Shown: positions 50,854-60,870 of the stretch, in pieces
Numbering within the stretch: the stretch's first letter is position 1
Layout of the letters: every line of letters begins with the position of its first letter
Source of the DNA: an uncultured Lentisphaerales bacterium
GTDB lineage: Bacteria; Verrucomicrobiota; Lentisphaeria; JABSQK01; UBA12247
NCBI GenBank assembly: GCA_943788985.1
Contig: CALSSJ010000010.1
Span: 160,001 to 224,000, forward strand
Length of the DNA stretch: 64,000 nucleotides
Direction: 5' to 3'
Notes under the pieces: generated by a model
Databases searched by the model: none
What the model was told of the DNA's origin: nothing
What the model saw: the letters and a program-made list of their open reading frames with translations, nothing else
Position numbers and translations under genes: made by a program

Positions 50854-52222
50854 TCAAGCTTCTGCATATAAAAATTCGAGGCCTTCGCGAATAATCTTCT
50901 GCACCGGCGTCTTAGACGGGCAGACATATTCACAAAGCGCCATTTCTTCCTCAGTGACCTCGTAGATCCCGAGGCCAACCATCTCGTCGATGTCCTGAAT
51001 CATGCAACTCTTGACAAGAAACAAAGGAAACATCTTCATCGGTAACACCTTGCCATAGGCGTCGGAGGCAAATAGGGCACGATGGCCACCCCACACCTTG
51101 GTGTCGAGCCGATGTTTCTGCTTGGGCAGCCACGGCGACACATAGGTGCGAAACATACTGTGCTTGCGGAAGCCGGGTTGCATCCAGCCAACGAACTCTG
51201 AATCGATAGACTCAGGAATGAGGGTGACCATGTCATCGTAGAGGCCCACAAATCCCTCAGCGCCAATATCGGTGCCGGTCAGCACGTCTCCGGAAATGTA
51301 GCGGATGGTCTCATCGGCTACCTGGCCCCGAATCACGTTCTGCAGTGGGGCACCATTGATGGTGCGAAAGTAGCGGCGGTCCAAAGCGGAGGTCCCAGCG
51401 ACGCTGACGATCTTTTCCGGCGAGACGCGGCCCAGCACAAAAAGCTTGCCGAGCTGAATCAGCCCTTGGACGGTGATGGTCCAGACGATGTCCTGACGGC
51501 TGCGAACTGGCGCAATGTGGTGAATCTGAACGCCGACAACGCCAGCAGGATGCGGCCCGCTGAATTCGTGTATTTGGCAGTTCTTGGCGCCGCTAAAGGC
51601 GCTGCAGACGGAACCGGTGCCCGGCACGGAGAGATGAACCGCGCCAAGCGTGAGCTTGGCGCAGGCATCAATGCCAGCCTGAAAGTATTCTTCGTTGCCT
51701 TCGACCAGGACGGCGGGGTCGGGGGCAAGTGGCGCGGAGGCAATCGCAGAGACAAAGATGTCACGCGGTGTGTGCTTGGCGCGAGCTACATGTCCAAACG
51801 GACGCTCTCGAAAGAGTGCGAGTTGGCCGCTTTTGACTAGGGTCTCGCGAAGCTGTTCGCTGGATTTCCCCGGGATTGCGGCGGCTGACGTGGCCTCGAA
51901 GCTCACAGCTTCGTTCTTGCCGTCGGACTCAATGTTGACGGCAAGTAGCACGCGGCGATCGCCGCGCACAACGCCGCTGACTTCGCTGACAGTGCCGCTG
52001 ATCGGGGAGGTGAATACCTGTGATTCGTCGTCCTTGGCGTGGAACAACGGGGGTACCAGCAAGAACGCTGTCGCCGTCGCGAACGAGAAGGCGCGGCTTG
52101 ATGCCGATGAAGTCAGCAGGTCTGACCGAGGCAACGGTCGCGAGCGCGCCGTCGACAACTTCAGGATTGCTGTCGCCGGCGATGGGTACGTCATACCCTT
52201 GCTTTAGTGTAAATCTTGCCAT
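50854..52222 (-). CDS. nqrA: Na+-NQR subunit A, one extra base in the G5 run at 52049-52053
   Basis: MARFTLKQGYDVPIAG...GIKPRLLVRDGDSVLAGTP continues as LFHAK...FTSPISGTV, GPHPAG, CEYVCPSK once one C is removed. Confidence 0.92.
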
Positions 52223-52226
52223 GGGC

Positions 52227-52442
52227 TTAATCCTCGTCGCTAGTCGACTGGTTGGGACAAATTTCGCCGGCTTCCTTCCCACAGAACGGGCAGCTGTCCT
52301 CTCCCTGCTGGCGCAGGAATTCATTGTTGGTGCTGCAGGTGCCGTGAAATTGGCCGTCTTTCAGCAGCAGGATGCGTGCGCACAGTCCAAGCATGAACAG
52401 TGTCATCGCAATTAGAGTAACAACGAAGGTAGTTTGCATCAT
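52227..52442 (-). CDS. Small Cys-rich single-TM protein (NqrM-like maturation factor)
   Basis: 71 aa: TM, then KDGQFHGTCS...CPFCG...C; immediately upstream of nqrA. Confidence 0.7.
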   Translation of the reverse strand: MMQTTFVVTLIAMTLFMLGLCARILLLKDGQFHGTCSTNNEFLRQQGEDSCPFCGKEAGEICPNQSTSDED

Positions 52443-52443
52443 G

Positions 52444-53100
52444 CTAGTCACGCAGTTGCTCCTTCTCGCCCGGCGGCACATCATCGAGGCGGGCATGCTG
52501 GCTGCGCTGCAAGGCCCGGATGTAGGCGACAATTGCCCAGCGGTCTTCCACTGCGACTTGGTGGGCATAGCCTCCCATATTTTCGTTCTCGCTGCCGTTG
52601 GTGATGATGTTGAAAAGCTCGCCATTTGGCCGAGCACGGCTTCCAGCTGTGTGGTAGCTGGTCGGCATCATCGGGCCCTTGGTCGTGATGATGCCGTCGC
52701 CATGTCCGGCTTCCCCATGACAAACGCTGCAGTATATGCCATAGCGCTCGCGACCACGCTCGAGGAGGGCTGCATCGACTGTGACTTCGTCGGGGAAGCC
52801 CGTAATGAATGTGCCGGTCGCTGCGTCGGAGGTCCTGCCGCGATAGTAATCGGACTGCTCTTCGAGGAAATCAGCCCGATCATCCTCGGTGCGGCCCCAA
52901 ACAACGGTGTGTTCGATACGCGGGCGCATTGCCCGGCCGTCGGCAAAGATCTCAGCGTGTGACTGGGCGTTATATTTAAACTGCTGGTCCATGTTTTGGT
53001 TCAGGTGCACCGGGGGCTTGCGCGAGACACGTTCGCGGCAGCCTGTAATCATCAGCAAGGCGACCGTACTCAGCAACAGTGTGGTAAATAGCCTACTCAT
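52444..53100 (-). CDS. actE: Alternative complex III monohaem lipoprotein ActE
   Basis: Lipobox ITGC, NMDQQFKY, FADGRAMR, CSVCHG, MGGYA...DRWAIVAYIRALQRSQ. Confidence 0.9.
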   Translation of the reverse strand: MSRLFTTLLLSTVALLMITGCRERVSRKPPVHLNQNMDQQFKYNAQSHAEIFADGRAMRPRIEHTVVWGRTEDDRADFLEEQSDYYRGRTSDAATGTFITGFPDEVTVDAALLERGRERYGIYCSVCHGEAGHGDGIITTKGPMMPTSYHTAGSRARPNGELFNIITNGSENENMGGYAHQVAVEDRWAIVAYIRALQRSQHARLDDVPPGEKEQLRD

Positions 53101-53644
53101 TGGGAATCAGCACCTCAACGTTTTTTCCGCCGATTGACTGCAGGAACGCGTAGCATTTTTTAGCGTCGAATCGCTCGTCCTCAGCCTCGATGCTAATAAA
53201 GAACCCATTATCCGTCGCCTTGCGAAAGTTGTCGGACTCAAAGACGGGGTGCGTATACCAAGGCAGGAAGTTCATGATAAACATGCCGATGACCGTGCCG
53301 AAGCAGGCACCGAGAATAGTCAGCTCAAAGGTAACCGGGACATAGGCCTGGAAGGCGAAGTATGGCTTGCCGGAAAGATTCATGGCGTAGCCGTGGTTGT
53401 GCACCCACCATTGGAGGGCGAAGGCAATGCTACCACCGGCGATACCACCAGCTGCCGCGACCCAGCCAAGGATTGACTTCTTTAGTCCCATAGCGGCGTC
53501 GAGACCGTGCACGGGAAAGGGTGAGTGGCAGTCGTACTTGTCGTAGCCAGCGTCGCGAACCTTCTCGGCTGCGTGGAGCAATACCGCCGGGTTGGCGAAC
53601 TCGGCCAAGACGGCAACTGCTTTTTGATTAGAGGATGCGCTCAT
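53093..53644 (-). CDS. actD: Alternative complex III subunit ActD (DUF3341)
   Basis: HSPFPVHGLD, GKPYF, VPVTFELTIL. Confidence 0.92.
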   Translation of the reverse strand: MSASSNQKAVAVLAEFANPAVLLHAAEKVRDAGYDKYDCHSPFPVHGLDAAMGLKKSILGWVAAAGGIAGGSIAFALQWWVHNHGYAMNLSGKPYFAFQAYVPVTFELTILGACFGTVIGMFIMNFLPWYTHPVFESDNFRKATDNGFFISIEAEDERFDAKKCYAFLQSIGGKNVEVLIPNE

Positions 53645-53654
53645 TGTCCGTAGC

Positions 53655-55055
53655 TCAATGTTCGTCGTGATAATTGTGCGGATCGGCTTCCGGCATGACG
53701 CCCTTGACTTCAGCAATGGCTATGACAGGCACGAAACGCAGGAACAGCAGGAACAGGGTAAAGAAGAGGCCAAAGGAGCCTACAAACATGCCGACGTCGA
53801 TGATGGTCGGTGAGAAGTAATCCCAGCTTGAAGGCATGTAGTCCTGAGAGAGAGAAGTGATGGTAATCACGAAGCGCTCGAACCACATCCCAATATTAAC
53901 GAAGATGGAGACTACGAAGAGGATGACCAGATTGCGGCGAGCGAAGCGGAACCAGAAGACCTGTGGAATGATGACGTTACAAGTGACCATGATCCAGTAG
54001 GCCCAGGCATACTGATCGGAGGCACGCAACAGGAAGATGCCACTTTCGTAGGGGCTACCGCTATACCAGGCGATGAAGAATTCGCAGGAATAGGCGTAGC
54101 CGACGAGCATGCCCGTGAGCATGATGATCTTGGCCATGTTGTCTAAGTGGCGCATCGTGATGAATGATTGCAGACCATAGATCCAGCGCACCACCACCAT
54201 GAGGGTGATCACCATAGCAAACCCTGAGAAGATCGCGCCCGCGACAAAATATGGCGGGAAGATGGTGGTGTGCCAGCCAGGAAGAATACTGACCGCAAAG
54301 TCAAAACTCACGACGGTGTGTACGGAAAGCACGAGGGGGGTGGCGATGCCGGCGAGAATCAAGTAAGCCTTCTCGTAGTTACTCCAGTGACGGTTGCTTG
54401 AGCGCCAGCCGAGGGCGAGCAGACCGTAGATGATCTGGCGCCAGCGATTGGTCGCACGGTCGCGCATGGTGGCCCAGTCCGGGATCAGCCCGACGTACCA
54501 GAATAGCAGCGAGACGGTGAAGTAGGTGTTGACAGCGAACACATCCCACAGCAGTGGGCTGCGAAAGTTCGGCCACATCGCCATCTGATTAGGCAAGGGG
54601 AAGAGGTAATAGACGGCCCAGACGCGGCCGACGTGAATCCCGGGGAATACAAGGGCACAGACGACTGCAAACAGGGTCATGGCTTCGGCGGCGCGGTTAA
54701 TGGACGTACGCCATTGCTGTCGCAGGAGGAAGAGGATGGCGGAAATGAGTGTACCGGCGTGGCCGATACCTACCCAAAACACGAAGTTCACAATCGCCCA
54801 GCCCCAGCCAGCCGGGTTATTCAGCCCCCAGACCCCTGTGCCTTTCCAGAACAACCAGAAAATCTGGAGTCCGAGTAAACCTGCGACGCTCGCAGAGATC
54901 GTAAAGGCGACGTACCAGCCGATTGGGGTCTTAGCTAGCTCCTGCTCGGCGATGCGACCGATTGTGTCGGACACCGAATGGAAGTCGTGATTCCCCTGAA
55001 CCAAGGGCTCTTGTGTTGTATCTGTTGCAGCAGCCATCTCAGCCATCTCAGCCAT
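53655..55055 (-). CDS. actC: Alternative complex III quinol-binding subunit ActC (NrfD family)
   Basis: [59 protein letters not shown]. Confidence 0.95.
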   Translation of the reverse strand: MAEMAEMAAATDTTQEPLVQGNHDFHSVSDTIGRIAEQELAKTPIGWYVAFTISASVAGLLGLQIFWLFWKGTGVWGLNNPAGWGWAIVNFVFWVGIGHAGTLISAILFLLRQQWRTSINRAAEAMTLFAVVCALVFPGIHVGRVWAVYYLFPLPNQMAMWPNFRSPLLWDVFAVNTYFTVSLLFWYVGLIPDWATMRDRATNRWRQIIYGLLALGWRSSNRHWSNYEKAYLILAGIATPLVLSVHTVVSFDFAVSILPGWHTTIFPPYFVAGAIFSGFAMVITLMVVVRWIYGLQSFITMRHLDNMAKIIMLTGMLVGYAYSCEFFIAWYSGSPYESGIFLLRASDQYAWAYWIMVTCNVIIPQVFWFRFARRNLVILFVVSIFVNIGMWFERFVITITSLSQDYMPSSWDYFSPTIIDVGMFVGSFGLFFTLFLLFLRFVPVIAIAEVKGVMPEADPHNYHDEH

Positions 55056-58000
55056 TCAGTCTTGGGTTGGGATTCCGCAGCCTAGCCATGTAAGTGGTCC
55101 TCGGACGGGTCAGCAATTCGGGCAATAGGGCGTAGTTTCGCTCGTTTGCCTTCCATGCTGAAACATGGCTAGTCTTGTCGTTGATATCGCCAAAGGCAAT
55201 TGCGCCAGCAGGACATGCCTGCTGACAGGCAGTCGTGACATCGCCGTCTTTGAGGGCGCGCCCATCTACTTTGGCAGAGATGCGCGCCTGACTGATGCGT
55301 TGTACACAGTAGGTGCACTTCTCCATGACCCCGCGGAAACGGACAGTGACGTCGGGATTCTGCGAGAGCTTCTGGGTCGTAGTCTCAGCCGTCTCGCCAC
55401 GCACGTTGGTCTCGGGGCCGTTCTTGGTGAAGTTAAAGAAGTTGAAGCGTCGGACCTTGTAAGGGCAGTTGTTTGCGCAATAGCGCGTCCCGATGCAGCG
55501 GTTGTAGGTCATAGCGTTCAGGCCGTCCTTTGTGTGGCTGGTCGCACCGACCGGACAGACCTGCTCGCACGGTGCCATCTCGCAATGCATGCAGGGTACG
55601 GGCTGAACGCGCAATTCCGGATCGTCTTCGTCGCCTTTGAAGTAGCGATCGGTCCGAATCCAGTGTAATTCACGACCGTAGCCAGCATTCTCTTTGCCGA
55701 CGACAGGGATGTTGTTCTCGCTCTGACAGGCGGTCACACAGGCGTTACAACCGGTGCAGACATTCAGATCGATTGCCATGCCCCACTGATTGCCCTCGGT
55801 GTATTCATGCTCTTTCCAGAGGGCGCCGACCGTTGGGTTATGCACAGGTGGCGTCAGAGCGCTTTCGCCTTTCTCAGCGAAATTGAGGAGATCCGCTTCG
55901 AGAATCAAGGGCCGGTCGCCGCTGATTTTCTTGACCAGCTCATTGCCGTCCATGTTATGGTGCTTTTGCGTGGTTGAAAGCGGATAAGTGCCAGATGTTT
56001 TGGTAACCTTGGCTTTGCCGCCGGAGTAGGCAGCAGAGGTTGCAAGTGGGTAGGCATTGACGCCTGCGCCTTCTGCAACTGCACCAAGGTTTCGGCCGAA
56101 GCCGAGGTCTACGGAGACAGATTTATCCGAATGGCCAGGCAGAACAAATACCGGGAGAGTGAGTGTGGTGCCAGCGGTAGTCACGGTCACGAGATCTTCT
56201 TGACTCACCCCAAGGTCACGGGCCGTTGCCGGACTGACAATAGCGGCGTTGTCCCAGACCAGCTTGGTCACTGGCGATGGCAGTTCCTGCATCCAGCCAT
56301 TATTTGCAAACCGGCCGTCGTAAAGCGTGGGCGACGCAGCGAGTGCAATTTCGAAATCGGGGCCAGCGGTAAGCGTCTGGCGCTTCAATTGGGCGGTCAG
56401 TGATGTTTCGTTGATCGAGGCGTAGGGATCGCCGTACTTGGTGCCTTCGGCGACGCCGTTGTGCAGAATTGATTTCCAGGCAGCATCATTCTTGCCGACC
56501 GTAGCGCGGCAGAGCTCATAGCCGCTTTCAGCGTTGCCAAGTAGCAGACTTAGTGCTTCCAGTTCACTGATGGAATGGTGCAGAGGGGCGATGAGTGGCT
56601 GGGTAATGCCGATGGTCCCATCGGTAGTGCGCGGAGTGCCCCAGCATTCCAGCTCGAGGCTGCGTGGCAGGTGCCACTTACAGAATTCGCTGGTCTCGTC
56701 GTAGTAGTGACTCAAGTGGACCGAATGCTCGATCTTTTCGAGGGCCTCGGCAAACTTAAGATCAGCCGGGGCAGTCAAAACAGGATTGGGGCCAACAATG
56801 ACAAGCGTTGTGATTGCGCCGCTATTCATCGCCGTGACCAGTCCCGTCAACTCAGTGAGTGAGGAATCACGAGCGTCGGGGGCTTCGACGTAGGAGAGGG
56901 TGCCATCCTGAGCCGCGTTGCCCAGCGCATCATTCAAGGCTGCGATCACTGCATGGACGGAAGCGCTTTGGCCGCGGCCAGCTAGGACTACGGAGTGTTT
57001 GCCGGCTTGGGCGAGGTCAGCGGCAACGGCACCAATCCAAGTGTCGGTGACTCCTGCGGGGAGCGGAAGTTCTGGGATTGCGGCGAGTCCGGGGATGCGC
57101 TTGGGTGTGAAACCATCTCCGGACTTGGGGGCGGCTAGCCGACGGGCTAGTGCCGCGACGACGGCTGGGATGTCCGAACGGCGAACGCGGACGCGATGGT
57201 CAGCCATTCCGCCGGTGACGCTAAACGAGTGTTCCGCGACATAGAGGCGGTTCATGGCGTCCTTGCGACCATGGACTCGCCGGCCGTCTGCAAAGGCCTT
57301 GGTGTGCCGTACTGCATCGGTTTCGAGGTGAAGAAAGTCCGAATCGAGCGCGAGGATGACTTTTGCGTCTGTCAGGTCGGGGACGCCACGAACAGCCTTG
57401 CCCATGGCCGCCTTCTGGCCATCGTGAATGTTGGAATCGCTGACGGGTGCCCAGGCTGCGGTAATGGCAGCGGGGTACTTCGCCTTAAGTTTGACCATCT
57501 CAGCCTGAATCGCAGCAGAGTGATACGGGTCTACCAGAACGGCAAGGCCCAGGCCATTGGGGGCGACGGGATGTGCCCTCCAATCTTCCAGGAATGCGTC
57601 CCAAGTAGAATCTCCACCTGTGTAGGTGACGTCACGTGGGCGATCGGGATCAGCGAGAGTAAGAATTGATGCGAGCTCAAATGAGCTGACGCCGCCTGCG
57701 CTGCCTGGATGGCTGGGGTTGGGCTCGATCTTAGTGGGACGGCCTTCGTGGCTCTCAACCAAGACGCCGACTGCCTCACCGTCGCGGGTAAGCGTGGTGG
57801 CAAAGTAGACGGGCTTGCCGGGAACATATTCGGGGGGCTGGGTGCTGTAGGGAACGATCGTCTGCACGGGGCGTCGACAGCTGGTCAAGCCAGCCAGGCC
57901 CATGGAGGCTCCCATCAGCTTCATGAAGCTGCGACGATCAATTTCGCCAGCGTTATCACCAGATCCAATAGGATCCGCGGGCCCAGTGGGTGTTGCGACG

Positions 58001-58083
58001 CTGCGGTCCTGACCGCTGAGTGCGTCGTCGGCGGCACGCCACAGGGTCGTTTTAGCAGGGCTTTCCTGATTCATCGATGACAT
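55048..58083 (-). CDS. actB: Alternative complex III subunit ActB (molybdopterin-reductase-like + Fe-S)
   Basis: Tat/lipoprotein leader DRRSFMK...[41 protein letters not shown]. Confidence 0.95.
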   Translation of the reverse strand: MSSMNQESPAKTTLWRAADDALSGQDRSVATPTGPADPIGSGDNAGEIDRRSFMKLMGASMGLAGLTSCRRPVQTIVPYSTQPPEYVPGKPVYFATTLTRDGEAVGVLVESHEGRPTKIEPNPSHPGSAGGVSSFELASILTLADPDRPRDVTYTGGDSTWDAFLEDWRAHPVAPNGLGLAVLVDPYHSAAIQAEMVKLKAKYPAAITAAWAPVSDSNIHDGQKAAMGKAVRGVPDLTDAKVILALDSDFLHLETDAVRHTKAFADGRRVHGRKDAMNRLYVAEHSFSVTGGMADHRVRVRRSDIPAVVAALARRLAAPKSGDGFTPKRIPGLAAIPELPLPAGVTDTWIGAVAADLAQAGKHSVVLAGRGQSASVHAVIAALNDALGNAAQDGTLSYVEAPDARDSSLTELTGLVTAMNSGAITTLVIVGPNPVLTAPADLKFAEALEKIEHSVHLSHYYDETSEFCKWHLPRSLELECWGTPRTTDGTIGITQPLIAPLHHSISELEALSLLLGNAESGYELCRATVGKNDAAWKSILHNGVAEGTKYGDPYASINETSLTAQLKRQTLTAGPDFEIALAASPTLYDGRFANNGWMQELPSPVTKLVWDNAAIVSPATARDLGVSQEDLVTVTTAGTTLTLPVFVLPGHSDKSVSVDLGFGRNLGAVAEGAGVNAYPLATSAAYSGGKAKVTKTSGTYPLSTTQKHHNMDGNELVKKISGDRPLILEADLLNFAEKGESALTPPVHNPTVGALWKEHEYTEGNQWGMAIDLNVCTGCNACVTACQSENNIPVVGKENAGYGRELHWIRTDRYFKGDEDDPELRVQPVPCMHCEMAPCEQVCPVGATSHTKDGLNAMTYNRCIGTRYCANNCPYKVRRFNFFNFTKNGPETNVRGETAETTTQKLSQNPDVTVRFRGVMEKCTYCVQRISQARISAKVDGRALKDGDVTTACQQACPAGAIAFGDINDKTSHVSAWKANERNYALLPELLTRPRTTYMARLRNPNPRLNG

Positions 58084-58724
58084 GCGGCACAGTCCTCTGG
58101 GGGGCTCAACTCTTTTTCTTGGATAATTGCTTCGGCAGCGTTGTATTGGCCCTTCGCAGGCTGCCATTCCATGTCCGTCACACTTGTCTCGGTGAGGTCG
58201 CGGATATGTTGGTGCGGATGGCGATGGCAATCGAGGCACCAGCCCATGCTGAGGGTCTCACGCTGGGTGACGATCTCCTGGCGGTCGATATCACCGTGGC
58301 AACTGGTGCAGCCAACTCCAGCTTTCAAATGAACGCTATGGTCGAAATAGGCGTATTCCGGCAACTTGTGGACGCGGACCCAATTGATAGGCTTGCCAGT
58401 TTCATAGCTTTCGCGAACTGGTGCAAGCGCCTCGCTGTTCTTTTTGATTGAACGATGGCAGTTCATGCAGGTTTGTGCTGGTGGGATATTTGCCTCGTGC
58501 GACTCTTCGATACTCGCATGGCAGTATCGGCAGTCGATTCCAAGATCGCCGGCATGCACCTTATGACTGAACGGAACGGGTTGTTCCGGCTGATAGCCGA
58601 CATCCGTATATTTCGGGGAGCCGAACCACCATAGGAGTCCTGCGATAAGCAATGGTGCTGGTGCGGCCGCGTGGATTACCACTAATGTCACCGGCGTCGT
58701 CCATGTAGGAAAAATCTGTGCCAA
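58071..58724 (-). CDS. actA: Alternative complex III pentahaem cytochrome ActA
   Basis: GYQPEQPVPFSHKVHAG and five CxxCH (CRYCH, CMNCH, CTSCH, CLDCH, CAACH). Confidence 0.95.
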   Translation of the reverse strand: MAQIFPTWTTPVTLVVIHAAAPAPLLIAGLLWWFGSPKYTDVGYQPEQPVPFSHKVHAGDLGIDCRYCHASIEESHEANIPPAQTCMNCHRSIKKNSEALAPVRESYETGKPINWVRVHKLPEYAYFDHSVHLKAGVGCTSCHGDIDRQEIVTQRETLSMGWCLDCHRHPHQHIRDLTETSVTDMEWQPAKGQYNAAEAIIQEKELSPPEDCAACHR

Positions 58725-58743
58725 AATATTACCCTCGTACGCG

Positions 58744-59628
58744 CTAAGCGCCGTATCTCCAACGATTAAGACCAGTCATCCCCTCTAGGATGATAACGCT
58801 GAATAGCGCCAGGAGATAGACAATTGAAAATAGAAAGAGGCGGATCTCAGATTGGGCAGTGCGCTCTTTGTAGGCCAAGAGCATCTTCTGCATGAAGATG
58901 ACGCCAAGCACGATTGCGGCTACGACATAAACATAGCCCGTCCCGAACAGGCCGAGTACTAAGGTTACGATCACTAGGGCGATAGAATACCACACCATCT
59001 GCTTCAAAGTGGCGTCAATACCATGGACGATGGGCATCATAGGCAGCTTTACGGTTTCGTAGTCGCTTTTGCGGTAGAGCGCTAGTGCCCAGAAATGCGG
59101 CGGGGTCCAGAGGAAAATAACCAAAAACAGTAACCATGGCTCAATGGCGCTACCATTGGTGGCTGCAGCCCATGAGATGACCGGTGCCATGGCACCCGCT
59201 GCGCCGCCGATCACAATGTTTTGGGCTGTATGTGGCTTCAACAACAAGGTGTAAAACAGGCCGTAAAACAAAATGGTGCCTAGAGCCAGCGCAGCGCTTA
59301 GGATGTTGAAGCGAATAGCAAACAGGGCGACGCCTGCGAGGCCAATAGAAACGGCGAAGGTGAGAGCAGCGCGGCTCGTGATCTCTTTCAGTGGCAGGGG
59401 GCGGCGGTCCTTGGTGCGGGCCATCTGCGCGTCGATATCCCGTTCGAAATATTGATTGAGTGCGTTCGCCGAGCCGCCCGTCATGAACAGCCCGAGCAGC
59501 ACCAAGATTGCGTCCAGCGGCCGTGTCAAGAAGGTTGCTTCCATCACCAGCGCAGCGGCACCAGTGATCACCACCAACAACATGATTGTTGGCTTCGTTA
59601 GCATGAGATACGAACGGACGACTTTCAC
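58744..59628 (-). CDS. ctaB: Protohaem IX farnesyltransferase (haem O synthase)
   Basis: LTKP, NQYFERDIDAQMARTKDRRPLP, YTLLLK, NIVIGGAAGA, WTPPHFWALA. Confidence 0.95.
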   Translation of the reverse strand: MKVVRSYLMLTKPTIMLLVVITGAAALVMEATFLTRPLDAILVLLGLFMTGGSANALNQYFERDIDAQMARTKDRRPLPLKEITSRAALTFAVSIGLAGVALFAIRFNILSAALALGTILFYGLFYTLLLKPHTAQNIVIGGAAGAMAPVISWAAATNGSAIEPWLLFLVIFLWTPPHFWALALYRKSDYETVKLPMMPIVHGIDATLKQMVWYSIALVIVTLVLGLFGTGYVYVVAAIVLGVIFMQKMLLAYKERTAQSEIRLFLFSIVYLLALFSVIILEGMTGLNRWRYGA

Positions 59629-59669
59629 AGCGGCTCTGTCAGGTTTACGGCGAGAAAAATGAAGCAGGG

Positions 59670-59698
59670 AATTTAAGTATCGGACCCGCGTCCGTCAA
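59670..59698 (-). promoter_or_regulatory. Sigma70-type promoter for the ctaB-act-nqr operon
   Basis: TTGACG-17 nt-TAAATT on the minus strand, about 40 nt before the ctaB GTG. Confidence 0.6.
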
Positions 59699-59852
59699 CG
59701 CGGTTTAGACAACATTCTATCCATCAATTCAATTCCCCTACCTAGATTGGCCCTGCCAGCTCGCCAAATTGGGGCGTGAAGTATGGCGTAAAACGACGTG
59801 AGCGCGATCTTGTAGCTATTTGGTCCTCATTTTTGGGAGCGTTCCGTGGCTG

Positions 59853-60713
59853 ATGTCTGCACCTGATCCATCATTTGACCCGCACGAGACAGAGATCGTG
59901 CCGATGTCCCCGTGGCGTGGCATCGACTGGGCGGAGCTCTTTTGCCACCGTGATCTGTTCTGGTTTCTGGTTTGGCGCGAAATCAAGGCTCGATACGCGC
60001 AAAGCATCCTTGGCGTTGGCTGGGCTGTGTTGCACCCGCTCATTCACATGGTGGTATTCACTGTTGTGTTTGGGCGATTGTTGGAGATAGACAGCCAGGG
60101 GCGTCCCTACGCGCTATTCTCATTCGTTGCCTTGGTTCCGTGGACCTACTTCGTGAGTGCGACTAATGCCTCCACGAATAGTCTGGTGGGGAACACCCGG
60201 CTGTTGACGAAGGTCTACATGCCCCGCCTGTTCTTCCCGGCAACGCCAGTGATCGCCAAGCTTATCGACTTCATTATCGCTAGCTGCATGCTTGTTCTGC
60301 TGATGCTCGCCTACCTTGCTACGGGCCATCGTTTTGCCCTGTCCGCCGATCTCTTGGTGTTGCCATTGCTGATCGCAATCATGATGCTCACTGCCCTCGG
60401 ATTGGGGATGTGGCTTTCCGCGCTTGCCGTTAAATACCGGGACGTGCGCTTCGCCCTCGGCTTTATGACACAACTTATGCTGTTCGCGGCTCCGGTTGCC
60501 TGGCCAGCATCCAAGATTCCCGAGACGTACCAGATGTGGTATGGGTTGTACCCAATGGCCGGCGTGATCGAAGGCTTTCGTGCTGCAATCCTGCAGACGC
60601 GCCCTATGCCTTGGGAACTGATCGTGCCGGGTGCCGCCAGCAGTGTCGTCATTTTTGTGGGAGGGCTCGTTGTTTTTCGACGAATGGAACGGTACTTCGC
60701 GGATGTGGCGTAG
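59853..60713 (+). CDS. wzm: ABC-2 polysaccharide export permease (Wzm/RfbA)
   Basis: LVWREIKARYAQSILGVGWAVLHP, LTKVYMPR, YRDVRF, PMAGVIEGFR, MERYFADV. Confidence 0.9.
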   Translation: MSAPDPSFDPHETEIVPMSPWRGIDWAELFCHRDLFWFLVWREIKARYAQSILGVGWAVLHPLIHMVVFTVVFGRLLEIDSQGRPYALFSFVALVPWTYFVSATNASTNSLVGNTRLLTKVYMPRLFFPATPVIAKLIDFIIASCMLVLLMLAYLATGHRFALSADLLVLPLLIAIMMLTALGLGMWLSALAVKYRDVRFALGFMTQLMLFAAPVAWPASKIPETYQMWYGLYPMAGVIEGFRAAILQTRPMPWELIVPGAASSVVIFVGGLVVFRRMERYFADVA

Positions 60714-60870
60714 ACCTGTTTTCTGACGTTTTTCTCCGGAGCCCGTAAGAGCTAGCTTGCTCGTGCGGCCAGCCAATATGCAGCACACAGTTCTCGCAAT
60801 AGGGGAAACTAATTCTATGCTGGAACATATGGGGCTCGCGCGAGGGCCTGTATCTCGCTCGTCATGAGGG

